Shown one piece after another: positions 13,612 to 27,044 of a DNA stretch of 64,000 nucleotides (within the stretch, counting starts at the first letter, position 1; each line of letters starts with the position of its first letter). The notes beneath the pieces are model-generated. The model made no database searches and was not told where the DNA came from. It worked only from the letters and a program-made list of their open reading frames with translations. The stretch is taken from contig OZ024740.1 in the NCBI GenBank assembly GCA_964016885.1, positions 354,330,001-354,394,000 of the forward strand, written 5' to 3'. The stretch comes from Eledone cirrhosa. Lineage: Eukaryota. The translations under genes and the position numbers were made by a program.

Positions 13612-14308
13612 ATATTTTTCCAATATTTTTTTTGCTATATCTTTCATTTATATATTTTAAGAAAATTAATGACTTCAGGAATTTTTCAATATATAGGATC
13701 AAATAAAACCAAAAATGTGGAAAAAATATATCATTTCTCTGAGCAAAAGAATTTAGTGTTTAAAAACTAAAGGTGAACCAGCATCATTATTAATTTTTTT
13801 CCCATTTTTACTCAATTGGATTTTGGAAAATAAAATTAATGAATATTAAACATAAATTTATTGTACATATATTTTTTCTTTTTCATGTAATAAATTTTAT
13901 TCAAATTAAATATGTTTGTCATTTCACCACCTCAACTGTGTTTTTCTCAGAATTTATATTCCATAAAAGGAAAGTATGTATGATCAGAGACAACGAAGGG
14001 TAAAGAAGTCTTGACCAAAACATGACAACCTCTCTAGTGTAGGTGCTATGATAAAAAGCTCCAAGTACACTCTGTAAAGTGGTTGGTGTCAACAAGGTCA
14101 TCCAGTTATAGAAACCATGCCAAAATGGAATGACAAAACAAGTGTGATATGGTCCTTGAGCTCATATAGGAAGGTAGTAACTCTGAATAAGAACTGATTT
14201 GGACGATAATGAGCTGCCAAATTCATGCACAGTAAACAGATCTAAAATGCTGCAACTGATATCAATGTACAACACTTCTTAATGAATTCTACATTCTTTT
14301 TACAAAGA

Positions 14309-14605
14309 CACATGGCTTTGTGGTTAGGGAATTCAGCTCACAGTGGTAAGGTTGTGAGTTTGATTCCTGGCAGTACGCTGTATCCTTGAGCAAGACACTT
14401 TATTTCATGTCGCTCCAGTTCACTCAACTGGCAAAAATGTGTTGCACCTGTAATTTGAAAGGCTAGCCTTGTCACATTCTATGTTACTCCAAATCTCCCT
14501 GAGAACTATGTTAAGGGTACACATGTTTGTGGAATGCTCAGCCACTTGCACATAATTTCTCAAGCAGGCTGTTCCATTGATTGGATCAAATGGAACACTC
14601 GTCAT
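14309..14605 (+). mobile_element. tRNA-derived SINE family B (related copies near 9320-9660, 8310-8465 minus, 58729)
   Basis: catggct..gtggtta...gagtttgattcc...ccttgagcaagacacttta; shared body with 9320-9660. Confidence 0.65.
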
Positions 14606-15532
14606 CGTAATTGATGGAGTGCTTTCTATTTTCTTTTTACAAGCATTAATTTAGATATAAGTACACAGAAAAGTTATAAAGCTCCCTTGATCATCTGGTC
14701 ACCTTGGATCAATAATATTTCCATTTTTGTTGGTTTTTATTTATAATATAGTATTTATTTCTATGTTTCCATATAAACATCATCAAGATGAAATTGCAAG
14801 TATATGTCAGAAAAAGAGATAAAATCAAACAAACAAGTAGAATAGATAAGCAAATAAAATACAATATGCTTCTTTTGTTCTCCTTTTTTTATATAAAGTC
14901 TGCAGAAACTCCTATTTTATTGTTCATTCAGTCCAAAACAATGATATTATGCTCATCATATTTCCTTCTTAATATTAGCTTCTCTCTCTCTCACACACAC
15001 ATACACACAAACATATATAAGTAGCAGCACTGTCACCAACCACTTAAAACAGTTATACAAATGGGCAGGATGGAGCTAGCCTAATGCAGGTTCTGTCCCT
15101 GCTAAGAAAGCAGTGCAATTCCTTGTGCCATAGAGGTCTGATGAAGGACTAGTATCCAAAGCATTAAGGGTTTTTTCCAACTATATCAAGCATTAAACTA
15201 ACATGTCATCACTGATTCATATAGAAACTTAATAAAAATGAACAAGGAAAAATAACGTAGGTAAAAAATGTTAGATGATGATGATGATATGTTAGATGAT
15301 GATGATGATGACCCATTATATCAATCTACAGCTAAATGGGTCGAGTCAGTGGGAACTAAATGTCTTCACCTTAGAGATAGTACTGTGGTGGTGGTGATGA
15401 TGGACTAAGAATTACCAGAAAGTTCACTCTTTTATTAAATAATCTTCCTGATTCTCTTCATTTTCAATTACAACAATAATAATAACAATCAAAAATAATA
15501 ATAATGATAATAAAGTCTACTTTAAAACTTAC

Positions 15533-15675
15533 CTGAAAAACATATATAAGTGACGATCATTTTTCTCAGGAACATAATGCCAGGGGTGGAGGGTTAATGG
15601 CGGTTCCTCGGTGTATGTAGGAGTTATCATAGCCAGAATCATGGCGAGTAAAACAAAAACAGCAGGTAATATGAT
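15533..15675 (-). CDS. ABCA1: ABCA1-like exon (TM7, ECD2 start)
   Basis: gcag|...|gtaagt; 143 nt, IILPAVFVLLAMILAMITPTYTEEPPLTLHPWHY...MFF. Confidence 0.94.
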
Positions 15676-15840
15676 CTGCAAGAGAAGAATTAAATTCAAA
15701 CACAAAGGGAATAACTGACAGCAACGCAAAACATCATTTCTAAATTATTTCAAAATTTTAAATATTGTGGGCCCCTTTCCGAACATGTTTTGTACTGCAT
15801 GTATTGGCCTTTGTGACATATGGATTATTATTATAATTAT

Positions 15841-16470
15841 TGTGGTAGATTGGCTGTATCAATAGAGCATCAGACACCATGCTTTGCAGCATAGTTATGG
15901 CCCTTTACGTTCTGTGTTCAAATCCCGCTGAGGTTAACTTTGCCTTTCATCCTTACAAGGTTGATAAAATAAAGTACCAGTAATGCACTGGGTAATTGCT
16001 GACCTTGTGCCAAAAGTAGAAACAATTATTATAATTATTGTTATTAGGGTGGTGGATTGGCAGAATCAGCAGAGCGTCGGACAACGTTTTGCAGCATAGA
16101 GTTATGGTTCTGTAAGTTCTGAGTTCAAATCCCACCGACGTTAGCTTTGCCTTTCATCCTTTCGGGGTCGATAAAATAAAGCACCAGTAATACACTGGGG
16201 ACGATTTAATCGACTTTCCCTCCCTCCAAAAATTTCTGGCCTTGTGCCTATAATAGAAATCATTATAATCATTGTTATTTTTCTAGTTGATTAGGGCGGT
16301 GGATTGGCAGTATCGGTAGAGGGTCGGACGCCATGCTTTCCAGCATAGTTACATCCCTTTACGATCTGAGTTCAAATCCCGCCGAGGTTGACTTTGCCTT
16401 TCATCCTTACGGGGTCGATAAAATAAAGTACCAGTAATGCACTGGGTAATTGCTGGCAAAAGTAGAAACA
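15841..16470 (+). mobile_element. Three tandem SINE family A copies
   Basis: Copies at ~15841, 16046 and 16293; the last has a 19-bp TSD gttatttttctagttgatt (16274, 16471). Confidence 0.9.
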
Positions 16471-17171
16471 GTTATTTTTCTAGTTGATTGTGTGATGTAA
16501 ATGGATGCCTGTTACAAAGCTTCCCTCCTCACCCCCTGCCAAAAAAAGATTTTATCTTGTTCATATGGTTGAATGGAAAAATGTTTTTTGGGGAGTAGGG
16601 AGGATCTTTTTACAAAAAAAGGCCAAAATATTTAAATGTCTACCTCACATAAAGGTTCAACCTCAGACATTTTATTGAGGACATATATTTTTGCAAACAT
16701 CCATTTTGATGATTTGTTTATTTGTGATCCAATATAGAAACTTCTGTTGTAAAGGTGCTCAGAGACTCCAAGAGAAATTTTGCAAGGTGTACAAGACCCT
16801 TTTGGGGCCCGAAGTAGGCAAATATTTTTCTCAAAATGGATGTTGCGTGGTTGCTGTGGGGCCTTCTTAGCTCTTAGGTCCCAGAACAAAATGCTGGCTG
16901 AACCCCCTCGCATAGGCCCTGGAGGTACTAGCCACAAAGGTGGTAGCAATGAATATCCCCCCCCCCCTCCCTCCATGACCCAACAGAGATGATAGTTTAA
17001 AAGAGAGAACAACAGAAAAAAATGAAAGTTAAAAAGTTACAAAAAGTAACAAAAACACAAATTTAAATGACAATAACAAAAGCACCATCAACAACTCAAC
17101 TTTTGCTAGTTTTGTAAGCCAAAATGATATAAAAGACATGGATCAGCTACATGCAAAAGATACAACATTAA

Positions 17172-17375
17172 CCCTTTAGCATTTAAACTGGCCATATCCA
17201 GCCAAAATTCTCTCACCTCTTTCTGTTCAAACCGGCATAACTGGTTGCTCATACTTATGTCAAAATAAATAATATCAAAATCTTGTAAATTCGATATTAT
17301 GTGAAATAATTATGAGATAAAGTGTTTAAAGTGAAAATATAATAGTAAATATAGAGTAATGTAAATGCTAAAGGG
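17172..17375. mobile_element. piggyBac-like MITE (relatives near 43800-43965 and 63207-63431)
   Basis: TTAA|CCCTTTAGCATTTA ... TAAATGCTAAAGGG|TTAA: 14-bp TIR with TTAA TSD. Confidence 0.8.
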
Positions 17376-18064
17376 TTAAAGATGTGTAATGTACCTCCTT
17401 GCTTGAGGGATCTAACCAAGAAAAGACAAGAGGGAGAAGTGACATACCTATGCTTGAAAAAAAATGGAGAGTGTTTCTATATGCCCTCAAAAGCACTAGT
17501 TTGCTACTGAGGTTGGTGCTTCCTCTACCTCTCTCTTTCTTTCTCTGGAAGCAATCAGCTGTGTTCCTACTTGGAGAGGGATGAGCTCTGCCAAGTGCAA
17601 AATGTCCAAGACATATGCTGTGTGTCAGAATGGTGTCCCTATGACGCTATCAAATGTTGAAGGCCCTTTACATTTTTTTAGTATGTTTTGAGTTCAACAT
17701 CATCATCATCATCACTGTTTAGCATCCATTTCCCCATGCTTGCATGAGTTAGATGGTTTGTCCATGTCAGGAGACAAGTCTGGTCAGAATTGGCCATGTC
17801 ATACCTTGCTCTAATGAGGACAGTAAATTTGGCCGAGGATTTTACAGATGGATGCCCTTCCTAACACCAACCACATTTACAGGGTGGAACTTATTAATAT
17901 AAATTTATATCTAGCATATATTGAGTTGTTAATGAATAACAAGTTAGATTGCTGCTTAGGAAATCTAAGCAACAATGTAGAAGTTACTCTTTAGCATAAC
18001 TAGGTGGAAAGCATTTGTGTGTGACTCCTAACTATTTATTAAGAACAATTGAAAATGAACCTAC

Positions 18065-18213
18065 TTCACAGATAAAGCCCTTCTTACTTCTGCGTTGATA
18101 ATGGAATCTCTTCTTGAGAAGAGCTATGTATTGTTGGAAGGTTAATTGCCAACCAACAACTTTGTAGGACCCTTCACCTTGGCAGGTTTCCATCTCATCC
18201 TTTGTTTTTTTAT
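18065..18213 (-). CDS. ABCA1: ABCA1-like exon (before TM7)
   Basis: tcag|...|gtagg; 149 nt, ...GEGSYKVVGWQLTFQQYIALLKKRFHYQRRSKKGFICE. Confidence 0.94.
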
Positions 18214-20250
18214 CTGAATAATAACAACAACAACAAGACAGAAAGATTATTGTATAGTTAAAAGATAATTCTTTCGGAAAATATTTGGCTTGATATAATA
18301 TAATTTTGAGATCGAAAGAGAGTATGAGAGACAAAGACGGGTGAAAGAGAAAGAGAGAGACAGAGAAAGAAAGAAACAGATAGGGAGATACAACAAAAGA
18401 AACCAACAGACAAGCAGAGTATATGTCAAATTACTGAAATGAAGAGATTTCAACTTAAGTGGGTCTATTCACTACATATGTTCCTTGCCCAGATTATTTA
18501 TACTATGGCTAACAAGTAATTTTCAACCAAGGTTTTGTATTTGATAATAAATATGTAGCAGTACTATAAAATAAAGTGTATAATGTCAGCCTCCAGGATG
18601 CATGATAGATTTTTTAAAACTTATTTTAGGAAAAAAGTAGTGTCTTCGATGCTGGGAAATATGGTACTTAAATTTGTGTTGAAAATGTTCAGTTTTGATG
18701 TAAATTAATTATTTAAAAGAAAGAAGGTTAGTATTTTATCTGTAGTAGAAATTGTTTTATTAATGTATTTAATACATTTGATACCATATTTCTCTTGAAA
18801 GACACTATATGTTTTTCAAATAATTTTGAAAATATTCAAGAATTTAAAGGGATTTAATAAAATAAATAACTTTCTCATTATTAAGCAATTGCTTTGAATA
18901 TAAATGTTCTTACATAAAATTATGATAAAAGTTGTTTTTAGATAAACAAACAGTTTTGTATCATAGAACCACGGGTAATTTCATGGGGTTTGGTAATGAA
19001 AGGGTTAAAAATATATTATTATTGGTTAGTAATTGATAAGAATCTTCCATTCCATTCTCGAGCAGGCTTCTCATATCTTTATAAGTTAAAGATATTAGTA
19101 TAACAACAATATAGGGGAAATCTTTGTAATTTTAGACAGTATTGAATATACCAAAACAACTGCAAGAATCATATTCAGAAAAAGAAGAGTCAATCTATAT
19201 GACCAACCCATTGTCTTGGAAAATAGTTCTTAGCAAATTTAGGAATTATATAAATGGTTAGAGAGCTGTGTTAAAAGAAAGGAACAGTAAATTTTATCTA
19301 AGTTTATCTACTTAACCAGTATGTGCAGCGATAACATTATAAAAATGCATAACTGCAGCTGATGAAAACTGGAATAGCCATAGTACATGATGGTGGTGAT
19401 GGTAGTGATGGTAGTGGTGGCAATGGTGGTGGTGATGATGATGATGATTTATATCAATATCTTCATTGGGAATAGAATTTGAAAGAATATATGTTTAATA
19501 ATTCATAGATAGCAATGAAAAGTTACTTCCCAAAGTGTGGACAGCTGTGATTCAACTATTAATTATGGTTTTGGTTTCTCACAAGTGATATTGGCATTAG
19601 GTCATTGATAAGTGAAGTGTTAGACTTTATTAAAACATTGACCATAAAACAATGAATTTTCTATAATATGAACTATACTGACAATGCAATCAAGTTGATT
19701 AAATAGCCATCTATATTGCCTTCTGGCTCTTATAGCTCTAAATAAAGAAATGTACCATTCTTAAATTGATTAGGTAGTTCTAAGAAAGTCACTTAGCATC
19801 CCTGTGGATAAATCTGTCTGTGAAGTTATTCCAGAGTAGTCTTAGCCTTTAGAAGAAAAAGATGTTATAAAAAGAAAAATCAATATTTTTTCTTTCTTTC
19901 TTTTTTCTTCTCCTTTTTTCATCTTCATGTAGCTGGACTGTAGATTTTCTCTGCAGAAATTTCTAACTTTGGTTGCAAAGAACAAAATAAATCACAATTT
20001 TTTCTTAAAATAAAACCAATATTTTTAGATTAGAAAAAAAGAAAAAGAAGACTGAAAGAACTATATTTTTCTTCTATGTGTAAAATTATTAAATAGTAAA
20101 ATAATACTTTAATTAAAGAAATCTTACTAAATTTTCAAATTCTTCACTATAATGCTAATGATGAGTATGATCATGATCATTAGTTGGGGCCAGTGATAAA
20201 TATTAATGTCAAATTAAATTAAACAGAAAAAAAGAAAGAGAGATTCTTAC

Positions 20251-20358
20251 CTAACACAACTTTATCATCTGGTATTTCTGAATCTTTCAGTTTCAAAAGT
20301 TTATTTTTCAAATTTCTTCTGAAACTATCTCTGTTAATTGATCGAGGCAGGGCTCCAG
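20251..20358 (-). CDS. ABCA1: ABCA1-like exon
   Basis: ttag|...|gtaag; 108 nt, phase 1-1, AGALPRSINRDSFRRNLKNKLLKLKDSEIPDDKVVL. Confidence 0.78.
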
Positions 20359-21154
20359 CTAAAATTAAGAATAAAATTACAGTAAAAAATGATTATGCTT
20401 AGGTTTGTTTATTTTTGTTTGGCTATTTAGTCAGGAAAAAAGAGAGGATGGTATCCTCAAACTGGAGACATAGCCTAAAAACTTGCAACAGAGTAGATTC
20501 CACATGCTAAAGGCACCCAAGGGCTCAGTGCTGGTGTTAAACCAAGCAAAAATATAAGCTTGTTGATGAAGAAATTCATTACAATGCACATACACACTCT
20601 CCCTCTTCTTTCCCTAATATAAATATACATTCATATGCACACAATTACTACGTCTTTGAATTTACTTGTGGTAGCACAAGCACATTCACAGACCTGGCAA
20701 TAATGTTCCCTACTATAATTGTTTCTACTTTTGGCACAAGGCCAGCAATTACCCAGTGCATTACTGGTACTTTATTTTATCGACCCCGTAAGGATGAAAG
20801 GCAAAGTTAACCTCGGCGGGATTTGAACTCAGAATGAGATATGAGTAAGAAGTGTCAACTGTCAAAATGGACTGAAATAAAGCTATAGAAATGGATAATA
20901 ACATTATTCCAGAAGGTTTATTGTTATATATACCTGCCACTAGAGTTGAACTGTATATAGTATATAACACTATCACAAAATATAACTATGTAGCCAATTA
21001 GAAGAGTCAGTAGAGCATAAGACCAAATCCATTGCAGTATTTGCTTTGCCTCCCTACACTCTGAATTCAAACTCTGTGGAAGTCAAATTTGCTTTTCATC
21101 CTTTTGGAACTGATAAAATAAAGTACCAGATAACCTAATTATCATTGTCTAAGG

Positions 21155-21845
21155 CAGGGGTTGTCAAACTTCCCCCACCCCTCACTGCCACATATTACTC
21201 TCAGCACCCCCAACCCTATTTCCAGAGAGACCTGCCTATACACATATTGTAAATAATATATAATAAATAAAATCGTTAATTTATATATAATAAATAATAT
21301 AATACAGTAGAACCTCAAAATATGAGTGCCCCATTGTACGAGTAATTTGCTGTATGAGCTGAGGCTCGTGTGAATTCTTGTCTTGTAGTACTAGTGGAAA
21401 TCCGCAGTACGAGCGGGTTTCATACAAGCGACTGCTAGTCAGCGCTCAGCTCACACACTCTCCCAACAAGCACAGCCTCCGCTCCCTCAGTTCTACATGT
21501 TTATCTCATTGTGGCAGCATCCCTATTGTGTTTCCCTCGTGTTTTTTTTTTAGTTTTGTCCTTTTTTTGCTATTATTTTATAATAACTGCACCTTTTCTG
21601 TTTTAACATCCATAAAAAATGATTTTGGAGTGGTTTTGGGGGCGCTGGAATGGATTATGTATATTTTAATTAATTTCAATAGGGAGAATTGATTTGTAAA
21701 ACGAGTAAATCGTAAAACGAACTTGATCATGGAATGAATTAAACTTGTACTGCAAGGTATCACTGTATATACTATCATTTGATAATCAATATACTATTAT
21801 ATCATCTCTAGTGGGGGATGGTAGCACCCGCTTTGAGAACCTCTG
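21155..21845. mobile_element. hAT (Charlie-like) MITE
   Basis: CAGGGGTTGTCAAA ... TTTGAGAACCTCTG with 8-bp TSD gtctaagg / gtcaaagg. Confidence 0.75.
21305..21765. mobile_element. Tigger/pogo-like MITE nested in the hAT MITE
   Basis: TA|CAGTAGAACCTC ... CAAGGTATCACTG|TA. Confidence 0.7.
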
Positions 21846-21879
21846 GTCAAAGGGCTACCACTCCTCATGTTGGCACATA

Positions 21880-23597
21880 GAAAGGAAGATCTGAAGAAAT
21901 TGTGGAGATGCTTGAGAGTTGTGTGGATATGTGATGTGTTCAAGAGGAGAGATAGAGGGATGCCCAATGAAGACTACTCACAAGCAAACTGCATAGATAT
22001 AAGCTTTTTAAAATAAGAGATGATGATGGGATAGGTGAAGTAGATAAGGTAAATGAGGTAGTTACAGTAAGTGACTGAACTATCAAGCTCGGAATAGTCA
22101 TCGGCAATAGAATTACAACAGTTATATTTTATATATGCACTACAATGAAGAGTAAGTAAAGAGAAGAAAAAAGAGCCATTTCTATGAGGAACTCTTATAG
22201 ATAACTTCAGTTACAGAGGACAGCTGGTGACTTCAATGGATATGTTGGCAATACCAGGATGGTTATGCTGGAGTGCATAGTGGCTATAGTTATGGCTAAA
22301 AAAACGAAGAAGGAGTAAAGCTCTTAGAGTTCTGTAATGCAAATGACCTAACTATTTGCAACACTAATTTCAGTATACTGGTCAGCCACTTGATCACCTA
22401 CCAGCCAGGCAAACATACAAACCTGGCTGACTTTGTAAACATTAGAACATGAGATACAAAGATTGTTATAAATGTTAAGCACCAAGTGGAACAAGAAATG
22501 CAACAAATCTAGAGAAAGAAAGTATGGAAGCTAAATGACCTCTCTGGTAAATATAGTTTCAGAAAATCTCTATGTTTTGGATGTGACAAGAGGAAGGAGG
22601 AATTAGATATACATGATATAGAGGTCAATTGGAAGTTACTATATGACAACCTACTGAAGGCTATTGACCAGAACTGTGGCTGGGGCAAGGCACCAACAAG
22701 ATGAAGAATAACTTGGTGGTGGAAAAAAAACATGGTTAAAGCTACGCTAAGCATGGAAAGACAAGAACAATGGGATAATGACTGTGCACAATACGTAGAA
22801 AAGGATGAAACTTTATATGATGTCATCATTGTTAGCATCATTTGATATCCATCTGATGAGGATGATGTAAATCTTAAGTGCACAAGAAGTGTAGAGGCTA
22901 GCAGGAAGACTAACAGAAAAGGTAGACATTGTATGTAACAGATGAACAATGATAGTTGGTAGTAAGAACAATCACAGGAAGGCTCCATAGAGATAGATGA
23001 TAATTTATGTTACCTAGGAGATCTAATTAGCTGTACAGAAGGTAGCTAGAATAAGAACAGGATGGAAAAAGTTAAGAGAATTACAACCCCTGTTGAAAAC
23101 AAAAGGTTTCGCTTTATGATTGAAAGACTGGTTGTCTGATTCCTGCATGCAATGTGGAATGTTACATGGTGGTGATACATAGGCAGTGAATGCAGAGTAT
23201 ATGAGAAAAATGAAGCAAAACATGCTTTGATGGATGTGTGATGTCAATGTGCATCAATGATAAAGCATGGTTAAGTCAAAAGAAAAACCTGGGTATAAGA
23301 GGAAGACTGCACTGGTATAGACATGTGCTGCATACAGATGATAAACATTGGGTGAAGAAGTGTTAAGAAATCCCAGTGGAAGGAAGCAGCAAGAGAAAAG
23401 TCTAAGGAAGACCTAGGCAGAAGTGGTAAGAGCTGATCTGAAATTGCTAAAGCTCATAGGGGAGATGATGAAGGAACACAATGAATGGAAGGAAGCTGTG
23501 CTGGAAATGGCCCTTACAACTCAAAGAAAAATGTACATAAAATGATGATATGTATACAACAATATAACTATATTCATAAAGGCTGATGATGATGATG
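21880..23597 (+). mobile_element. Degraded, internally deleted RTE copy
   Basis: Collinear with the 51646 ORF through APE and linker (GDFNGYVG, FCNANDLTICNTNF, TWWW), then jumps to GSIEI..YLGD and the C-terminus; (GAT)n tail. Confidence 0.8.
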
Positions 23598-26389
23598 AAA
23601 CACGAATTTAGACACACACACACATTCACATATGTATGTAGGTATACCACAATTTTCATACATGAAATGTTTAAATACACACACATATATATACACACGC
23701 ACACACATTCATATATGTATATATACACACATGCACACACACACAAATATATACACATACACATATGTACACGCATACATGTGTGTATACATGATCATAT
23801 GTTCACTGATCCATTAAACAGTCATCCTTCATTTGCTACAAATTTATAAGTGCCATCTGTTACAATCAGATTACTGGCTACACTCTTATTCCCAATATAT
23901 TTAATGCCATGCCAAAACTAGTTCCTGATCACCATTCACTTTACAAATAATTTAAATGATCTGTTTAAGAAGTCCTAATCTACATGAACAGGACTGCTGT
24001 AATGTGGAAAATTACCCACAGCTCATTCTGTATTTCATATCATTTTCATCCAAGCATTTCATGTACATTATTCACTTCAGCAATGTATATATATGTAAAA
24101 TAATATAATATACAAGGTTGGTGGGTGTTGGTGAGTTGGAACTGGGCAATAGATATGAGGAAATGTTGATATAAATTAATATGTTAGAATATTAATGATG
24201 GGTTAGAGTAAGAAATGTGCTTGAAATGTCTCTAGGGAAGACATTTTTCACCATTACCATCATCATCACTACTGCCATCACCAACATCAGCAGCATTGAT
24301 ATCTACATCTACATCATCATAAACATCATGCCTTATTCCCATTATCATTGTTGTCATCATTACAATCATCACTGAAACCATTCTGAACAGCATCATTATT
24401 GGTAGTATTTTCGTTATTATCATTAACAGCAACATCATCATTGCCACCATCTGCCCTTACCATATTCCAGTTATCAGCAGCAACATAATGATCGACCACA
24501 GTAAAACATGCTTAAGGAAGAATATACATCATGATCATCAATTTCATCAATATCATCATCCTATCATCATGCTCTATTGAACTCTAATCCTCATTATCAT
24601 TCTCATGCTCAACAGCACTGCCATTAACACCAAAGTTGATATATAAATTCTTTCATCTTAGCATAACTTTAGAAAATCTGTTGCAAGAACTTGTTCCATA
24701 ATTTCTGCAAGGTATTTACTGATATAATCAATCAAATTATCTCCCACCCCTAGTATTTGACTGGTAGTTATTTCAAAAACAGGGTTCAATTTAATTGATT
24801 ATACCCTTTTCCCAAAGCCAAATGCTCAGTTCGATTTAATACCTTTTACCATCACCTAAATTTCCTACTTTGTGCCTAGGACCTTGTACCTAGGTTAAAA
24901 ATCATGCTATAAATGCCTTTAGAGTAAACTCTCTCTTCTTACTATACATAAATCAATTATCTATCCCACATATTCTCTCTTTTGATACATATATTTGTCA
25001 CTCCCCCCTCTCTCTCTCATAAGATATCTTCACAGAAACTGCATCTAATCTTTCCTCTCTTTCACTTGGCTCATTTTGTTCTTTTCCCACACTAACTGCC
25101 TCTTACTGTCCACTATCTTTCTATAGCTATCTTTTACTATACTTATTCGTCTTCTCTCACACTACTTTCTCTCACACATACTGAGATACACATATTGCAG
25201 AGAGAGAGAAGCCAAAATATGAACACTGAAAATCAAGCATACAACTAATTACTTTATACTTGTGAGTGCTTGTGCAAGTATTACTTATAATAACACAAAC
25301 ACCGATACAGAAGTTCCATCAGACTGGGGCTGAAAGTTAGGATAACATTATTATTATAAAATACATTTTCTTTAAAACAATAAAATTGTTGATTTATTTG
25401 TTTTAGTCGTAAATGCAGCAAAACAGAAGCAGAGATAAGAGAACTAAAAGATGATAAAAGTAAAACTGAAATAAATAAAACTGAATAATTTGAAACATTA
25501 GAAACTATTTGATCAACAGATTAAATATCAAATAAAAGGGACAGTTGCTGAAAATGTGAGCACAACATGTAATTTGGTAAGCTGTGATGTATAGGAAACA
25601 AATAAAATTAAGGTAAAAAGAATGAGTCATGTCACTGAGATTGACTTAAATGTGATAGGGCTGGGGTTTGTAAAGTTTAATGATTAATTAACAAAAGTGC
25701 AACAGTGAAAACAAATGATCTGGTATGAACACACTAATCAATTGAATATAAATATACAAAGAGGAAGGACATAGTTGAAGTTAATTAGGTAAAGAGAACT
25801 AATTACTACAATTAAAGAGGCATTGGTGAGAGAAGATAGAACTCGGTTGAAATAAAAGGAAAAATTGAATAAATATAAACTGCTGATGTAGCAATCTTAT
25901 ATGTAAAGAGAGTTCTGAACAAAAGATGTAAAATATATAAATAACCTCTTAGAAAATTCTGATCCATACATTGTGAGTAAATAAATTCTTTATTCAGATG
26001 TTCTGAGAACAAAAACAAAATTAAGTGTCTGTCTAAAATTAACTAAACAAATAAGATACTAGAATATGATACACTAATTTATATAAACAAAAAGACCATT
26101 GTATGAACCAATAATAAGCAACAAAAAATAAATGGAACACACGCGCAAAAATGATTTTTGTTTGTTTGTTTGTGTTGTTGTTGTTTTCTTTTTAGTTTCT
26201 GTATCAAATAATAGGAAAGACATTGATCAAACTGATTTAGTTAAAAGAAAATAAATAAATAAACAAATTTAAAGAGAAAATGGCTGAAATAACACAAAGA
26301 TTTTGCCAATTCATCAGGAAGGATGTAAGGATGAGATAAAAATAAATAATGAAGATTAAATACACCAGTCAAAACAGCTTGTGCGAGTG

Positions 26390-26392
<3 letters not shown>

Positions 26393-26484
<92 letters not shown>
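26393..26484. repeat. (GA)n microsatellite
   Basis: Pure GA run. Confidence 0.98.
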
Positions 26485-26487
<3 letters not shown>

Positions 26488-26971
26488 ACAATAAAAACAC
26501 CAGTTTAGCCATTGAAGCATGTATGAGAAGTGATTTGTAAGATAATAGTGTGTTTCCGTCTGCAAGTATGTTACCCCAGAACAGACCAAAATACATCATG
26601 ATTCTTAAAGAAATCAATAATGGATAGATAACTTCTAAACCAAAGATCTTTATGTTGGATAGAAATAAAACACTTCAATCATTTCATCTTCTTTGAGCCA
26701 CTTTATCTGAGTCAAGACCCTAATGATTTACATTAACAAACCAGTCCTAGACCCTTTAGACATTCAACCAGCTGATTTTACTTTTCAAAAGGAAAACATT
26801 CTGTTGTATGAGGAATTACATATAAATAACCATTTTGTAGTAGTTCAAACCAGTGGTAAAAAATAATTTTCTTTTTTTTTTTTTTTATCTCTTATGAAAG
26901 CTTTTATAAAAGCTACTATATTATTTGTATTGAGGAACAAAAGAAATAATATTATATATATATATATATAC

Positions 26972-27044
26972 CATCTGTATTTTCTAGTTCATAAGATTCA
27001 ATATTTCCTCTTTCAAAGCAGCCTTCAGTAACCTTCAAAAATAC
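26972..27044 (-). CDS. ABCA1: ABCA1-like exon
   Basis: acag|...|gtat; 73 nt, VFLKVTEGCFERGNIESYELENTD, completing the TLEE-VFLKV motif. Confidence 0.88.

Noticed and set aside
19320-19850. Extra ABCA exons between 20251 and 18213
   Set aside because: Candidate AG..GT segments either contain in-frame stops or lack similarity, and the flanking exons already join in frame
23447-24640. ORFs rich in H/T/I/Y/V/C/M/D
   Set aside because: Products of (CA/TA)n and (CAT)n low-complexity sequence
25303-25329. Candidate 27-nt microexon (ctaactttcag|...|gtgttt) on the minus strand
   Set aside because: The flanking exons are phase 1-1 and that frame reads GCC CCA GTC TGA; the donor is weak and there is no other support
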